Below, piece by piece: positions 12,471-24,799 of a DNA stretch of 64,000 nucleotides. Source of the DNA: Eledone cirrhosa (lineage: Eukaryota). The DNA is taken from positions 238,514,001-238,578,000 of the forward strand of contig OZ024743.1 of NCBI GenBank assembly GCA_964016885.1, read 5' to 3'. The position numbers and the translations under genes are program-made. Each line of letters starts with the position of its first letter. The first letter of the stretch is position 1. The notes beneath the pieces are model-generated. The model made no database searches, had not been told where the DNA came from, and saw only the letters and a program-made list of their open reading frames with translations.

Positions 12471-12880
12471 TTCTAACATTGGCACAAGGCCAGGAATTTG
12501 GGGGAAGGGCAAAGTTGATTATCTTGTCCCTATTACTTAAATGGCACATTATTTTAGCAATTACCCCAGAGTATTACTGGTACTTTATTTTATCGACCGC
12601 GTAAGGATGAAAGGCAAAGTTAACCTCGGCGGGATTTGTACTCAGATCCCGCCGAGTTTAACTTTGCCTTTCATCCTTACGGGGGTCGATAAAATAAAGT
12701 ACCAGTAATGTACTGAGTAATTGTTGGCCTTGTGCTAAAAGTAGAAACAATTATTTTCTCAACCCTGGAATGATGAAAGGCAAGTCTGACCTCGGCAGCT
12801 TTTGAACTCAGACCGTAGAACATCATAACTAAATATCGCAAAGCATTTTGTCCGACGCTCTACCAATACTGCCATTCCAC
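12471..12880. mobile_element. SINE cluster including a back-to-back inverted pair (12557-12645 -, 12646-12755 +)
   Basis: SINE core and tail in both orientations. Confidence 0.85.
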
Positions 12881-13044
12881 AATTCTCTATAGTGAGACAA
12901 TGATTGCACACTTACATGGTAGAAATGCCAGTCAAACCTTACTGGAGTCATACATTGAAATAAAAAAAACACATGAAAGATACACTGGATAATGTAGGAA
13001 AGGGGGTGCTTCAAGTAATTTTAATTAGATGATATTAGATTGAG

Positions 13045-13235
13045 AGAATTAGTAGAGCGTTGATTAAAATACATTGCGGTATTTGATTTAGCTCTTTCCA
13101 TTCTGAGTTTAAATCCCGTCAAGGTCAATTTTGCTTTATATCATTCTTGCGTCGATAGAATAAAGTATTAGATAAGTACTGGGGTTGATTTAATCAACTT
13201 TATTCTTATCCCAATTCTGTTGGTCCTGTGTCTAC
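13045..13235 (+). mobile_element. Old diverged SINE copy
   Basis: ctgagtttaaatcccgtcaaggtcaattttgc...gtcgatagaataaagta. Confidence 0.7.
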
Positions 13236-14112
13236 ATTAGTATTTCACCTGTCGCGAGGAGAAAAAGTCATTATTTTAATGGCTAATTCTCATCATGAAA
13301 AGTAGGGAGACAACTCTACAATTTAAATAAATCCTAGGAAAGAATTATAGGTGTAATGGTAACACATTGGTCCGGCAAACCAAAGATGTGGGTTGTTGTA
13401 CTTCAATCGAATCAACTGTGCCATCTGCAATTGTTTTTGTAGTTAAAAATCAGTATCTTTTCTACTTGCCATGTACTTCACTCAGTTTCTTGAACCCTCA
13501 ACTCCAGGCGGAGACGAAGAAATGCCGTATGTTTGGGCATTTAAAACCATGTATAACCCATCACTCTGCAAGTCTAGACCCAGCTAATATCTTTCAGAAA
13601 GTGTGTGTGTGTGTGCGTGTGTGTGTGTGCATGTGTGTGTGTGTGTGAGGGAGAGTGAGTGTGGGGAAAAAGAAATAGAGATAGAGAGAAGGAGAAAGAG
13701 ATAAAGAGAAACATAGATAGACAGATAGATAGACATGGAGAGAATAGATAGAGAGATAGAGCGAGAAATAGTGTGTATTGGTTCTTTATCGATCTTGAAA
13801 CTATGTAAAACAGTCTTTGAACGAGATTTAAACCCAGAAAACAGAAAGGCACAACGAATACCAATAGACGTTTATCTCACGCTCTAACCACTGACAATTT
13901 GTTGGCCCACATTTCTGCGCAAAACGCTTTCAATTTCTTTAAAACAAATTATAGTAGGGTGTTTAAACAATATTTTATACATATCTTTCTGGTCTGGGTT
14001 TACTACCACCACTACTGCAACTGCACACATACAAACACACACACACGCACATACATACATACATACATACATACATACATACATACATACATACATACAT
14101 ACATACATACAT

Positions 14113-14715
14113 GGTGGCTGCCAACTCGTTTTCGAGTACGGCCACTACTTTATATCCATGTAGGAGAACCCCTATCGATGCGCTGAACGAGTGTGACTTT
14201 TTAGTCCAGCCAGCGACTTGAAAACTCTGGTACAAACACTACACTTGTGACAATTATTGACACATAGTGCTGGGCCCATGGTACCATGTGACGACAAGTG
14301 CAGAGAGATCTCCAGATACAAAGCAATGCCTGTGCCGTGAAGCTTTTATAGTGAGCAAAGGCACTGCACAAAGCCATTCCCACTCTCTTAACCAAGATGA
14401 TATTTACCAAAAAGAGAACAAGTCAACATCATTGGATATCATCAGGGTTGCAGGTGTTATATCAGAGTTTTCCTTCTCCTAGAATTCTGCCTTGACAAAG
14501 GCTAAGGGGTCATCTCTCCCGGTGATTTTGGATGGCCATTGACTCTTAAGAGTTCCTTTGCCCTTTGACAGGTTTTGTTTTTAGTCCTGCAGGATGTCCA
14601 AAGTCACCCTCCTCACCAAGAAACCTTGGTGGGGTTGCCAGTTTAGTCGCCAACGACCCGACCATGGGACAGGTTGAACTGGGATACATGTTACCAGTAG
14701 CACCAACAGGTTGTA
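14113..14715 (-). mobile_element. ~600-bp non-autonomous RTE-derived element in (CATA)n
   Basis: (ATGT)n on both sides; ctaggagaaggaaaactctg motif typical of RTE 5' UTRs; ribozyme-like fold at the 5' end; no ORF. Confidence 0.65.
14638..14715 (-). ncRNA. Putative P4-less HDV-like ribozyme
   Basis: P1 acaacctg/cgggtcgt; P2 ccagt/actgg; P3 acc/ggt with loop tgtcccat; GG for P1.1; then cga-CTAA. Confidence 0.65.
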
Positions 14716-14841
14716 CATACATACATACATACATACATACATACATACATACATACATACATACATACATACATACACACATACATATATGTACATACAT
14801 ATATATATGTACATACATATATACATATATATGTGTGTGTG

Positions 14842-14960
<119 letters not shown>

Positions 14961-15569
14961 TATTTGTTTCTTAAATATACTTTAACTATATCAAATACAG
15001 TAAACAATTTTTTATTTAAATTCAGCTGTCAATGACACACACACACAATATATGTGTGTATATTTTTTTTACATTTTAACCACCATTTTTTTAATGAAAT
15101 ATTTGTACATAATTCAATTCAGTGAGATAATATATAACAAAAGAAAACAAAAGAAACACGATAACAAAAACAACAAGGAAAATAAAACCAAAGAAATTAT
15201 ATCATTTTGAAACCTTGCTGAATATAATAAATAACCTAAAAATAGTTGCAAATTATTGACTAATTTTTGGCAGACATTCTGGTCATTCAAGCCTTTTTTC
15301 TCACTTTAAACTATGAGAATTGATTTTCTGTTGTTTTTATTTGTTTCTGTGATTTTTTTGCTTCTTCTTCTTTGTGTGTCTATGTATATGTTTGTGTGTG
15401 TGTATGTGTGTTTGTGTGTGTGTGTGTACTTTTTTATTTTGCGTATTTAAAAGAAAACCTAGATAAGTATTTCTATTTCTTTTCAGAAGGCAGTTGAACG
15501 ATCGGTGAAAAAAATATATAGAAATAGAAAAAACGAATTAAAAAAACCTAGTTGTCAAAAGCTGCAAAC

Positions 15570-15705
<136 letters not shown>

Positions 15706-15813
15706 CGTATGTGTGTATGTATGTAGGTATATATGTAAATATATAAATATATGTATGTGTATGTATATATATTTATATATATATAAATAATATGTGTATG
15801 TACTGTATGTATG

Positions 15814-15859
<46 letters not shown>

Positions 15860-17050
15860 CGCGTGTGTGTGTGTGTGTGTATGTACGTATATGTTGCAGT
15901 TGAATGAAAAACAATGCAAGAAACTATTTCTACAGGACTAGCTCAGTAGCGAAACATAGAAATAAAGAAACCTGTCAAAAGCAGTTAAAGTTTGTATAAA
16001 TAATCTAACAGAAAAATACACCTGGTGTGTACGATTTGACATTCGTTGTTGGTGGGTGCAGTTCTCGATAGAGGGACATTTATTAAAATTTCATACTTTA
16101 TCTGATACTATCAGCCTTACCCAGACTTGCTCGGGTTTCTTGATACCTAAAAATGAATATAATCATAAAAATGAATATAATCATATAAATTCACAATAGT
16201 TTGAAGAAACTGCTTAAAAAAATGCTGACAATATTCATATGGGCGTGGAATATAGAGTCATTGAGAACTGTTAAAACAAAGCTATAAAGAAGATGGTTCA
16301 ATTTGAGCTTCATGGAAACTCACAAATAAGCTAATATTGAATCTGAAATAAAATATCACTTACATATTTATTTTCTACTCGGAAAATATGCTTTTTTTAA
16401 AAAGTATGACGTTCTAATTTACATAATTACTGTAAATTAATTTTCTTACCAGTAAATATTTCTAATGTCAGATGCAATATTTAGAGGGATGCAGTATTTT
16501 TATTGTTCCTGTCTAGAGTTAAAAACAGTAAAAAGAAAATATGAAAACGCCGAACAGCGAATGGCCTTCTCTGTTAGAAGGTATGCTCCCCGCCGCAACA
16601 AAAAATCCTTACAATTTGAAAGATGCTTACATTCTTATTTACGTTGGTCGTAGACTTACCAAAGCAATGCAGGCCAATTGCAAACTGTACGAGACTATTC
16701 CTAAAGTTGGAATGAAGGTAGAATTAGGAAAAAAGGTCAGTTTTAACATAGAATTTGAAAAAGTACTTTAAAATCACGTTCAAAGAAGGAAATTACATCA
16801 GAAATAAATATTTGTGTATGTTGTCATTAATTTTCTATAATAAAGAGTATATTTATACATCTAGACATTCATGGTCAAATGGCAGCCCACGAAACGTATG
16901 CGACCCATTTGGATTTCTGAATGGCACACCTAATTTCAAAATTAGATTGAAACTTTTAGTAGTGCGACTCGCCTTATGATGAGCCACATCCTATGCGACT
17001 GACTGCTCGAAAAAGGTTGCTTATGCCTGATCATTCGGGAGAAATCATCA

Positions 17051-17102
17051 GGTCTTCCTGATGATTTCTCCCGAATGAAATAGTTCTAGTCCTGTAGAAG
17101 CC
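17051..17102 (+). ncRNA. Hammerhead-like motif overlapped by a 22-bp perfect hairpin (17031-17078)
   Basis: cttc-CTGATGA-tttc tccc gaat-GAAA-tag..ctg-TA-gaag; followed by (TA)n. Confidence 0.6.
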
Positions 17103-17127
17103 ATTTCTATATTATATATATATATAT

Positions 17128-17202
<75 letters not shown>

Positions 17203-17861
17203 TGTGTGTGTGTGTGTATGTGCGTGCGCGCGCGCATGTGCATGTGTGTGTGTGTATGTGCGTGTATTTATATAAGTATATATACAGATACGACATACAC
17301 ACATATATGCGTACATACATGTCTACATGAATACATACATACATACACACATACATACACACGTACATATATACATACATACACACGTACATATATACAT
17401 ACATACATGCATACACACGTACATACATACATACTAACAGACAGACATATAGACAGAAAGCAGAAATCTGCAGATTTCGTGCAGGAACTTTTGAGTACAA
17501 AGGTTTTCAGAAATAAAAACATATATATATAGAATTAGGAGAAAATATTTCGCCCCGGAAGGTGGAATCGATCTTACGTCAATTAGATTTGTCTTAGTAA
17601 AGAAATACGAACAGAAATATAAACAAAATATACCTACTAAATAAAAGAGAAAAAAGGAAACGCGATTGTTTTACGGAAGCCAGTCAATTGGCATGTTTCT
17701 ACAGATTACTGATAATCAATACAGTGTGATATTGAATTCAATATTGATGTTGCATAATGAATTATGAATAGAAGAGCGATAATTTCAACACGCATGGCAT
17801 TGCTCTTTAAAAACTGTAAGTAGGTGTGCTTTTACATCTGATGGCAATGCCGCTGATGATT

Positions 17862-18664
17862 ATAATGCTTTCGAATTTAGGCACAAGGCCAACAATTTTG
17901 AGGGGAGGGGAAAGTTGATTAAATCGACCCCAGTGCGTTACTGGTAGTGTATTTTATCGACCCCGTAAGGATGAAAGGCAAAGATAATCTCGGTGAGAGG
18001 TTAGCATTGCCTTAGCGGGAGGTTAGCTGCTGATGATAATGACTATTGGATCCCATGCTTTTCACCATTAATAACGGCTCTTTACGGTCTGAGTTCAAAT
18101 CCTGCCAAGGTTAATTTTGCCTTCCATCCTTACGGGGTCGATAAAATAAAGTACCAGGGATAATTGCTGGCCTTGTGCCAAAAGTAGAAACAATTATTAT
18201 TATTATTATTATTATTGGTAAAGATTGGCAGTATCGGTAGAGGATCGGACACCATGCTTTGCAGGACAGTTATGTCCCTTTACGGACTGAGTTCAAATCC
18301 CGCTGAGGTTAACTTTGCCTTTCATCCTTACGGGGTCGATAAAATAAAGTACCAGTCACGCACTGGGGTTGATTTAATCGATTTTCCCATCCCCAAAATT
18401 GCTGGCCTTGTGCCTATATAAGAAATCGTTATTATTATTTAGGGCGGTGGATTGGCAGTATCGGTAGAGTGCCGGAAACATTCTTTGCAGCATAGAGTTA
18501 CGGCCCTTTACATTCTGAGTTCAAACCCACAGAGGTTAGCTTTATTTTTCATCCTTACGGGGTCGATAAAATAAAGCACCAGTAACATACCGGGGTCGAT
18601 TTAATCGACTTTCCGTTTCCCCAAAATTGTTGGCCTTGTGCTGAAAGTAGAAACAATTATTATT
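17862..18664. mobile_element. SINE cluster: 17862-17995 (-), 18055-18198 (+), 18222-18432 (+), 18441-18664 (+)
   Basis: Head-to-tail copies separated by (ATT)n tails. Confidence 0.9.
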
Positions 18665-20118
18665 GGCCATTAGTTTATGCAGACGTGTTGGCTCCTGTGA
18701 GTTTGTTGTTTTCACAGATTTTAATCGTTGTTTTGGTAAAATGTTGTCCTAGAAAGAAGGAATGATGCACCAGTTTTTGCAGTCAAGTAGGGAGATTCCA
18801 TAACATTTGGCCCAAAAGCCCAAACATTTGAACTCTACAATTTGAATTTACACCCACAAAATATTTTTTAAATGCTGGCGTCACTCCCTCTCCACATCCA
18901 GCCAGAGCAGCAAAAAGATTGATGTCACGTGACAGGGTCTCGGTTTGAAGCCCAAAGGTTGACAATATCATCATCACCTCCACCACTGAAGCTAACACCC
19001 ATATAGACAAACCAACAAGGCCAACGGCACCAACAATATCAACAACAATAACAACAACAGTAGCAGAAACACCGGAAACGAGAAGAAAAACAGCAGCAGC
19101 AACAACAACGACAAAAACAACAATCGCAACAACGACAAGAGCCGCAGCAACACCAGCAATACCAACAGCAGCATCAACAACAGTAACAGTGACAACAACA
19201 TAAATGAGAAAGCAGTTACCTGCCAACAAGCCAGTTAACCACTGGGCTGACAGCCAGCCACCCATCCAGCCAACCATCCATCCAGCCAGCCAACCATCCA
19301 TTCAGCCTTCCAACCTACCAGCCAACCAGCCAGCCGGCCAACCATCCAACCATCCATCCAACCAGTCAACCAGCCAGCCATCCAGCCTACCAGCCGACCA
19401 GCCAACCAGCCATCCTTCCAGCCAACCAGCAAGCCAGCCAACCAGCCATCCAGCCATCCACCCATAGCCATCCAGCCATCTATCCAGACAACCATCCGGC
19501 CAACCAACCGGCCATCCAGCTAACGATCCAGCCAGACAGCCAACCAGCCAGCAAACCAACCAACCAGCCAGCAAACCAGCCGACCAACCAGCATGCTAAC
19601 CAGCCAACCAGTCACGACACTGGTTCAAGGAAACGAAAGTCGTTGCCAGCAACAGGAAAGTATTCCCTCAGCTAGCCACTTCCTTCGCGGTGGCCTAAAA
19701 AAATGTAGAGAATCAACAATTAAACAAGAAGAACTAACGGACACGATAAAATGGTAAAAAAAGGGGTCACAGAGTGAGCCTCAATCCATCATCTGACGGG
19801 GTAGAAAACCAGCTTCATTGTACGGTGACATATGGTACAATTGGAGCTAAATCACGTCCGGTTGAGTGGGCCATCGTGGCTCAAATCCGAAAAGCTTTGG
19901 GTGACATGTGGGCACACATAACACACACCCTCGAGGTAAACGATTTGAGTCGGTGGATGTTTTATTTGCCAGTCGACAGGAAGCAAAATCGTATTCCTTA
20001 CATCACCCCCAGAAGCTGCAGTTATGGGTTAAGTGAAGTTCGAGGAGGAGTGCTTGGAAATTGGAATGTCTTCAAGCTCTCACAGTACAATCGGTGGAAA
20101 CTGCCAAACGGGCAGTAA
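18665..20118 (+). mobile_element. 5' portion (UTR and degenerate ORF1) of a Tx1/L1-clade LINE
   Basis: RVSLNPSS...CTVTYGTI...QIRKALG aligns with RVSLKPPP...RTVTYRTV...QIQKALG (37859-38266). The 5' UTR shares gctcc...gtttgttgttttc with the copy starting at 26976. Contains a CCAG/CCAT repeat at 19240-19610. Confidence 0.75.
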
Positions 20119-20780
20119 GATCATATAATTTCAATGTGCAGTCCTATAGCTCCAACCGAATACCTAAACAGGCATGACAGAGCTGCACAATACATACATT
20201 GGATAATGTGTAAGCATTTTGACATGCCCCATCAAAAGAATTGGTGGGAGTATCAACCACCTCCCATACTTGAAAAAGATCACATCTCAATCTTGTGGAA
20301 CTTTAGCATCCAAACAGACCGAAAAATAGATGCAAATAGACCTGATATAATACTGAAGGACTTTAAAAAGAGGGTATGCCTGCTAATTGATATGTCCGTT
20401 CCAATAGACAAGAATGTATCTATAAAAACATTTGAAAAATTGAGCAAGTATAAGGACCTGGAGATAGAAATTGGAAAAATGTGGAAATTGAGAACTAAAA
20501 CAATACCAGTGGTTGTAGGCGCTCTAGGAATGATACCTAAGGGGTCTAATGATTACTTATCGCAAATCCCAGGAAACCCGCGTATAGGAGATATACTAAT
20601 AGTACTGATGGGAGCTGCCCATATACTAAGGAAGATTCTGTCAATATAAGTACATCACCTAAAGATGCATGTGTGTGTATGTATGTTCTTACTTGAACAT
20701 GGCGGACCTTGCTGTCTCTTGAGGTCACTGGTTGTGACTTGGTGATAACTCGTATGAACATAAAGCAAGATAAATGCAAC

Positions 20781-20781
<1 letters not shown>
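20119..20781 (+). mobile_element. R4/Dong-like RLE LINE family B, 3' fragment (ORF 20134-20649)
   Basis: HIISMC, RHD, LWNFSIQTDRKIDANRPDII...IDMSVP...K..KY (PD-(D/E)xK nuclease); ends in (TAA)n. Confidence 0.9.
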
Positions 20782-20834
<53 letters not shown>

Positions 20835-20835
<1 letters not shown>

Positions 20836-21150
20836 TTTTCTTTATTAACCACAAGGGTTCACATAAAGTAGACATTAAGGACAGTACAGGACAATACAGG
20901 ACGGTACAAATGGGCATTTCTGCGTGTAAAAAAAACAGAGGTTGAAATAAAATAACAAAGAAAAATTCCCCAATAGGGGGGAGACTTCCAAGGGACATTT
21001 GTGGAGAAAGCCCATTAAAAGACCACAGTGGCCCTGACCACCAGGGCAAGTGCCCTCTCCCAGTTTTCCACCTTTAATTTACAGACACATACTCAGAGAA
21101 GGCCCATTCATTCGGGCCATACTTGCTTCTCTCACCCATCTTTCAACAAA
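20835..21150 (-). mobile_element. Short Tx1-like 3' end fragment
   Basis: Near-copy of 21151-21445; terminus cttgtggttaataaagaaaac followed by (ATT)n. Confidence 0.85.
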
Positions 21151-21372
21151 ATATAAAGTAGATATTAAGGACAGTACAGGACATTACAGGATTGTACAAA
21201 TGGGCATTTCTGCGTGTAAAAAAAAAACAGAGGATGTAACAAAAAAATAACAATGAAAAATTTCCCAAAACGGGGAGACTTCCGAGGGACATTCGTGCAG
21301 AAAGCCCATTAAAAAGCCACAGTGACCCTGACCACTAGGGCAAGTGCCCTCTCCCAGTTTTCCACCTTTAAT

Positions 21373-24300
21373 TTACAGACACATACTCAGAGTAGTCCAA
21401 TTCACGCGGGCCATTCTTGCCTCTCTCACCCATCTTTCAACAAAATGCTGGGAAGAGAGCACTTCCCTCTCTACCCTGATTTTCCTTTTCAAATGAAATT
21501 TGAAAAAGTTAATCAGGGCATCACCGAAGAGGTAAGTGCTCGTCTTTAGCCCTTTCAAACGTGTCCACCATACTATATCTTTCGCCAAGGCCACCAGACA
21601 GATAAAAACTGCTTGCCCTTCCCGACTAAAGGAAGAGGGCGGGGCAATCCTCACGATGGACTAAGCTGATAGCTGGATCCGTCCTACACACAACAGCAGG
21701 TGTTCGATATAAACCCACAAGTCAGCAATGCTTGGACACTGGACGAGTGCGTGTAGGATGGTTTCGTCACCCTGCGCGCATCTCGGACATGCCCGGCTGA
21801 GGGCATCGCCATGCCTGTAGAGTTTATCCCGAACTGGCAAAGCTCCTCGGTAGCACTGCCAGGCTAGGGATTTCTGGAAGTTGTCCATAGGCCCCGGCCG
21901 GAATGTTCTTCCGAAGAGATTGGCTAGTTGATTTTCGTCGACGCCTAGAGTTTCCCCAAGTACGTCGTCGCTCTTCTCCTCCACTATTTCCTCTATAGAA
22001 CGCCAAGGTGGAGTTTTCACCGATCACATTCCCCGATTGGTGAGCGCCTGAAGACATTCCAGTCTCCAAGCGCTCCCTCTCGGTCTTCTCTTGACCCAGG
22101 ACTGCAGCTCCGTCAAGGAGACAAGCTGGGGAAAGACGCGTCTAGCAAACGGCGCCCACACCTGATCAACGTCGAGGAAGAGGTGGAGATGTCGTAGCCT
22201 GAGCGCGTGTCTGCGCATCATCAGCCACGGCATGCCCAGCCCTCCACGTAGCGGGTGTTGACAGCAGATGGACCGCCTGACTATCGGAGCGCGTCCCTTC
22301 CACAAAAAGCGAAAGAGCAAACGCTCCAGCGCAGTCACGCGGGGTTTAGGACAATGTACGACGGTCAGGCGGTAGTAGATGACGGACGCGATGTACGCGT
22401 TAGCCACCTCCTCTCGACCATTCAGGGCTAGCTTCTTCTCCGCCCATTTCTGGGTGACAGAAGCCACCCTGCTCGTCACCTCGTCCCAGTTTTTGTCCGT
22501 CTGTATGTCCGGACCGAACCAGAGCCCCTAGCAATTTAACCGGTCCGTCCGTCCAGCGCCCGACGACGCTGTTGGACGGCATGGACCTGCCTCTCCAGGT
22601 GCCGAACTGCAGGCCCACTGACTTTTCCTGATGGATCATTGCTCCTGTCACCGCTTCGTATTCTCTTAGTGTAGTGCCGATCGTCTCGATGTGTTAGGCG
22701 TTCAACACCACTAAGGTGACATCGTCCTCATATGCTGACACGGATCTTCCGCATCCTGGTTCGCGCGGGATCCCCCTCAACGTCTCCAGTTTGTGCAGTA
22801 ATGGCTCGAGAGTCAATACGTACAAGAGGGACGAGAGGGGACATCCTTGGCGGACCAAGCGCATGATGTTGAACGGATCCGAAAGGTGACAGTTCACTCT
22901 CACCACAGAGCAGATGTCGCTGTGCATGGCAGCGATCCAGTCTCTGAAGACGAACCCAAATCCAGGACTGCCGCTCAGGACTGCCGCTAAGTAACGATGG
23001 TCGACCCTATCGAAAGCTTTCGACTTATCTAAATTGATCAAGGACCCACCCGTGCCAGGTACCCTAGCTACCCTCTCCACGATTTATCGCATGAGGTGGA
23101 GGTTCTGGTGGATGGATCTGTCGGGAATTGCGCATGTCTGCGCCTCTCCCATCAGACCACCAGCAACAAGCGCCAACCTCTTTGCTAGCACCTTGGCCAA
23201 AATGTTGAACTCTGTGTTTAGCAGAGTTATGGGCCTGAAATTATCTATGTTATCCCCCTTGTTCGGTTCCTTTCTCAGCAGTGCCACCACTCCTCGGCTC
23301 ACAGAGCTGGGAATGCTTCCGTTCTGCTGCCAGTTGCAGTAGACGTCCGCCAAGACGCCTCCGAACAAGTCTGGCATCTGCACGTAAATTTCATAGGGCA
23401 GACCATCGATTTACCCCTTGTGTAGCCAGTCATTGTCTCCCATACTTCAGCGGCTGTTATCGGCTTTTCACTCCGCCACAGTGGCCGAGAGCCGCGTCAG
23501 TCCGTCGAGGTAGACACTAAAGTTAATCCCTCGACCCGGCCCGCCGTTGCCCCCGAACAGCTGAGCGAAGTGTCGCTGAAAAGCTTCACACATTTGCCCG
23601 GGATCGAATAGCATGCGCCCGTCGTGGTCCACCAAATACCGGATCGTGGCTTTGTTGCCACGACGAGCCTCAGCCACTCGGGCCCATTGAACGGCTTTTG
23701 TCCTCTCGTGTCTGAGAGCACGCACCCTAGCTCTGACAACGCAGCCTTCGTGCTTTGCATTGAAGAATTGGTCAAGGGCCAATTTCGCCGTAAGTACGTC
23801 TGTCACGATGGCTTTGCTAAGCGCCTCGTCTAATTTTCTAACTAGTTCTCCCTCTGCTCTATTGTTCTCTATTGCTAAAGCCTTACTAAACCTAATAGAC
23901 TCTATTCTAATCGCTCTTTTCAGAGCAAACCATCACTTGTTGACGATGGCCCCCGTCAACGCCCGCTTAACTAGTTCGCTAATCCGGTCTCTGTAGGCCT
24001 TGCGCGTTGGTAAGGACGCGTTTAACTTCCAGTAGCCGGGTCCTCGTCTATGAAGCCTATCTAAGTCAAGCACACAGATCACGAATTTGTGGTCCGTATA
24101 GCTGTCTATCTTGAATTGTGGACAGCCTATGTTAGACCTATCTATTTCCCTACAAAATACTCTATCTAGATATGATCTGGATGACCCGATGCGGTTTGTT
24201 CAAGTCCACATTGGTACACTCGGGAAATCCATTCGGTACCTGTCAGACAGTTCAAAACGCCTGAGCAGGTTGGTGAGGCTCTTGCACCCTGTTGCCATAT

Positions 24301-24770
24301 CCGCTAATCCCACACAGTCCCAGCGTGCATCTAAGATCCCGTTCTAGTCGCCCACTAACACTAAAGAGCGGGAAGTTCCAAGAAAGGTCTCCAGACGCCG
24401 GAAGAAATCAGGCCGCCCTGCTCCTGTCGGGGCATAGACGGCCACTAGCCTGAAAGCGAGCCCGTCTCCGCTGGTCACGTCCAGCACCACCAACTCACCT
24501 TCTGGGTCCAGGAAGATGGCCCGTATGGCGAGATCCAAACCTCTCCGAAAAAGCACAGCAACTCCACCTCCCGATCCAGGACGGCTGGGATATGCGAACA
24601 CATCGTAGCCACCGAGGATCGGTGCGAAGGCCCGTGTTTCGGAGATTCTGGTCTCGCTGATGGCCACTACATCTATGTTTAGTGACCTGAGGTCGTTGAG
24701 CAGGTGGCCCTGCTTCCATGACGACCCCCAAGCCACGCAAATTTAAGCTGCCTATTCTAAGTGAGGTCAT
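21373..24770 (-). pseudogene. ORF2 (AP endonuclease, RT, CCHC), disrupted
   Basis: LNLRGL, AISET, VYAP, GD*N, SYLD, TDH; FRPITLLN, LDKSKAFDRVDH, VRQGCPLS, AYEDD; CPRC...HALVQC. Multiple stops and frameshifts. Confidence 0.92.
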
Positions 24771-24799
24771 GTTGAAATGGAGTGGAAAAGATGGGGAAG

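Noticed and set aside
16107-16140. Minus-strand Helitron-like 3' end (cccgagcaagtctggg...gatagt)
   Set aside because: No matching 5' TC end or boundary could be identified.
18222-18320. tRNA genes suggested by A/B boxes
   Set aside because: They are SINE heads joined to core and tail sequence, without a cloverleaf.
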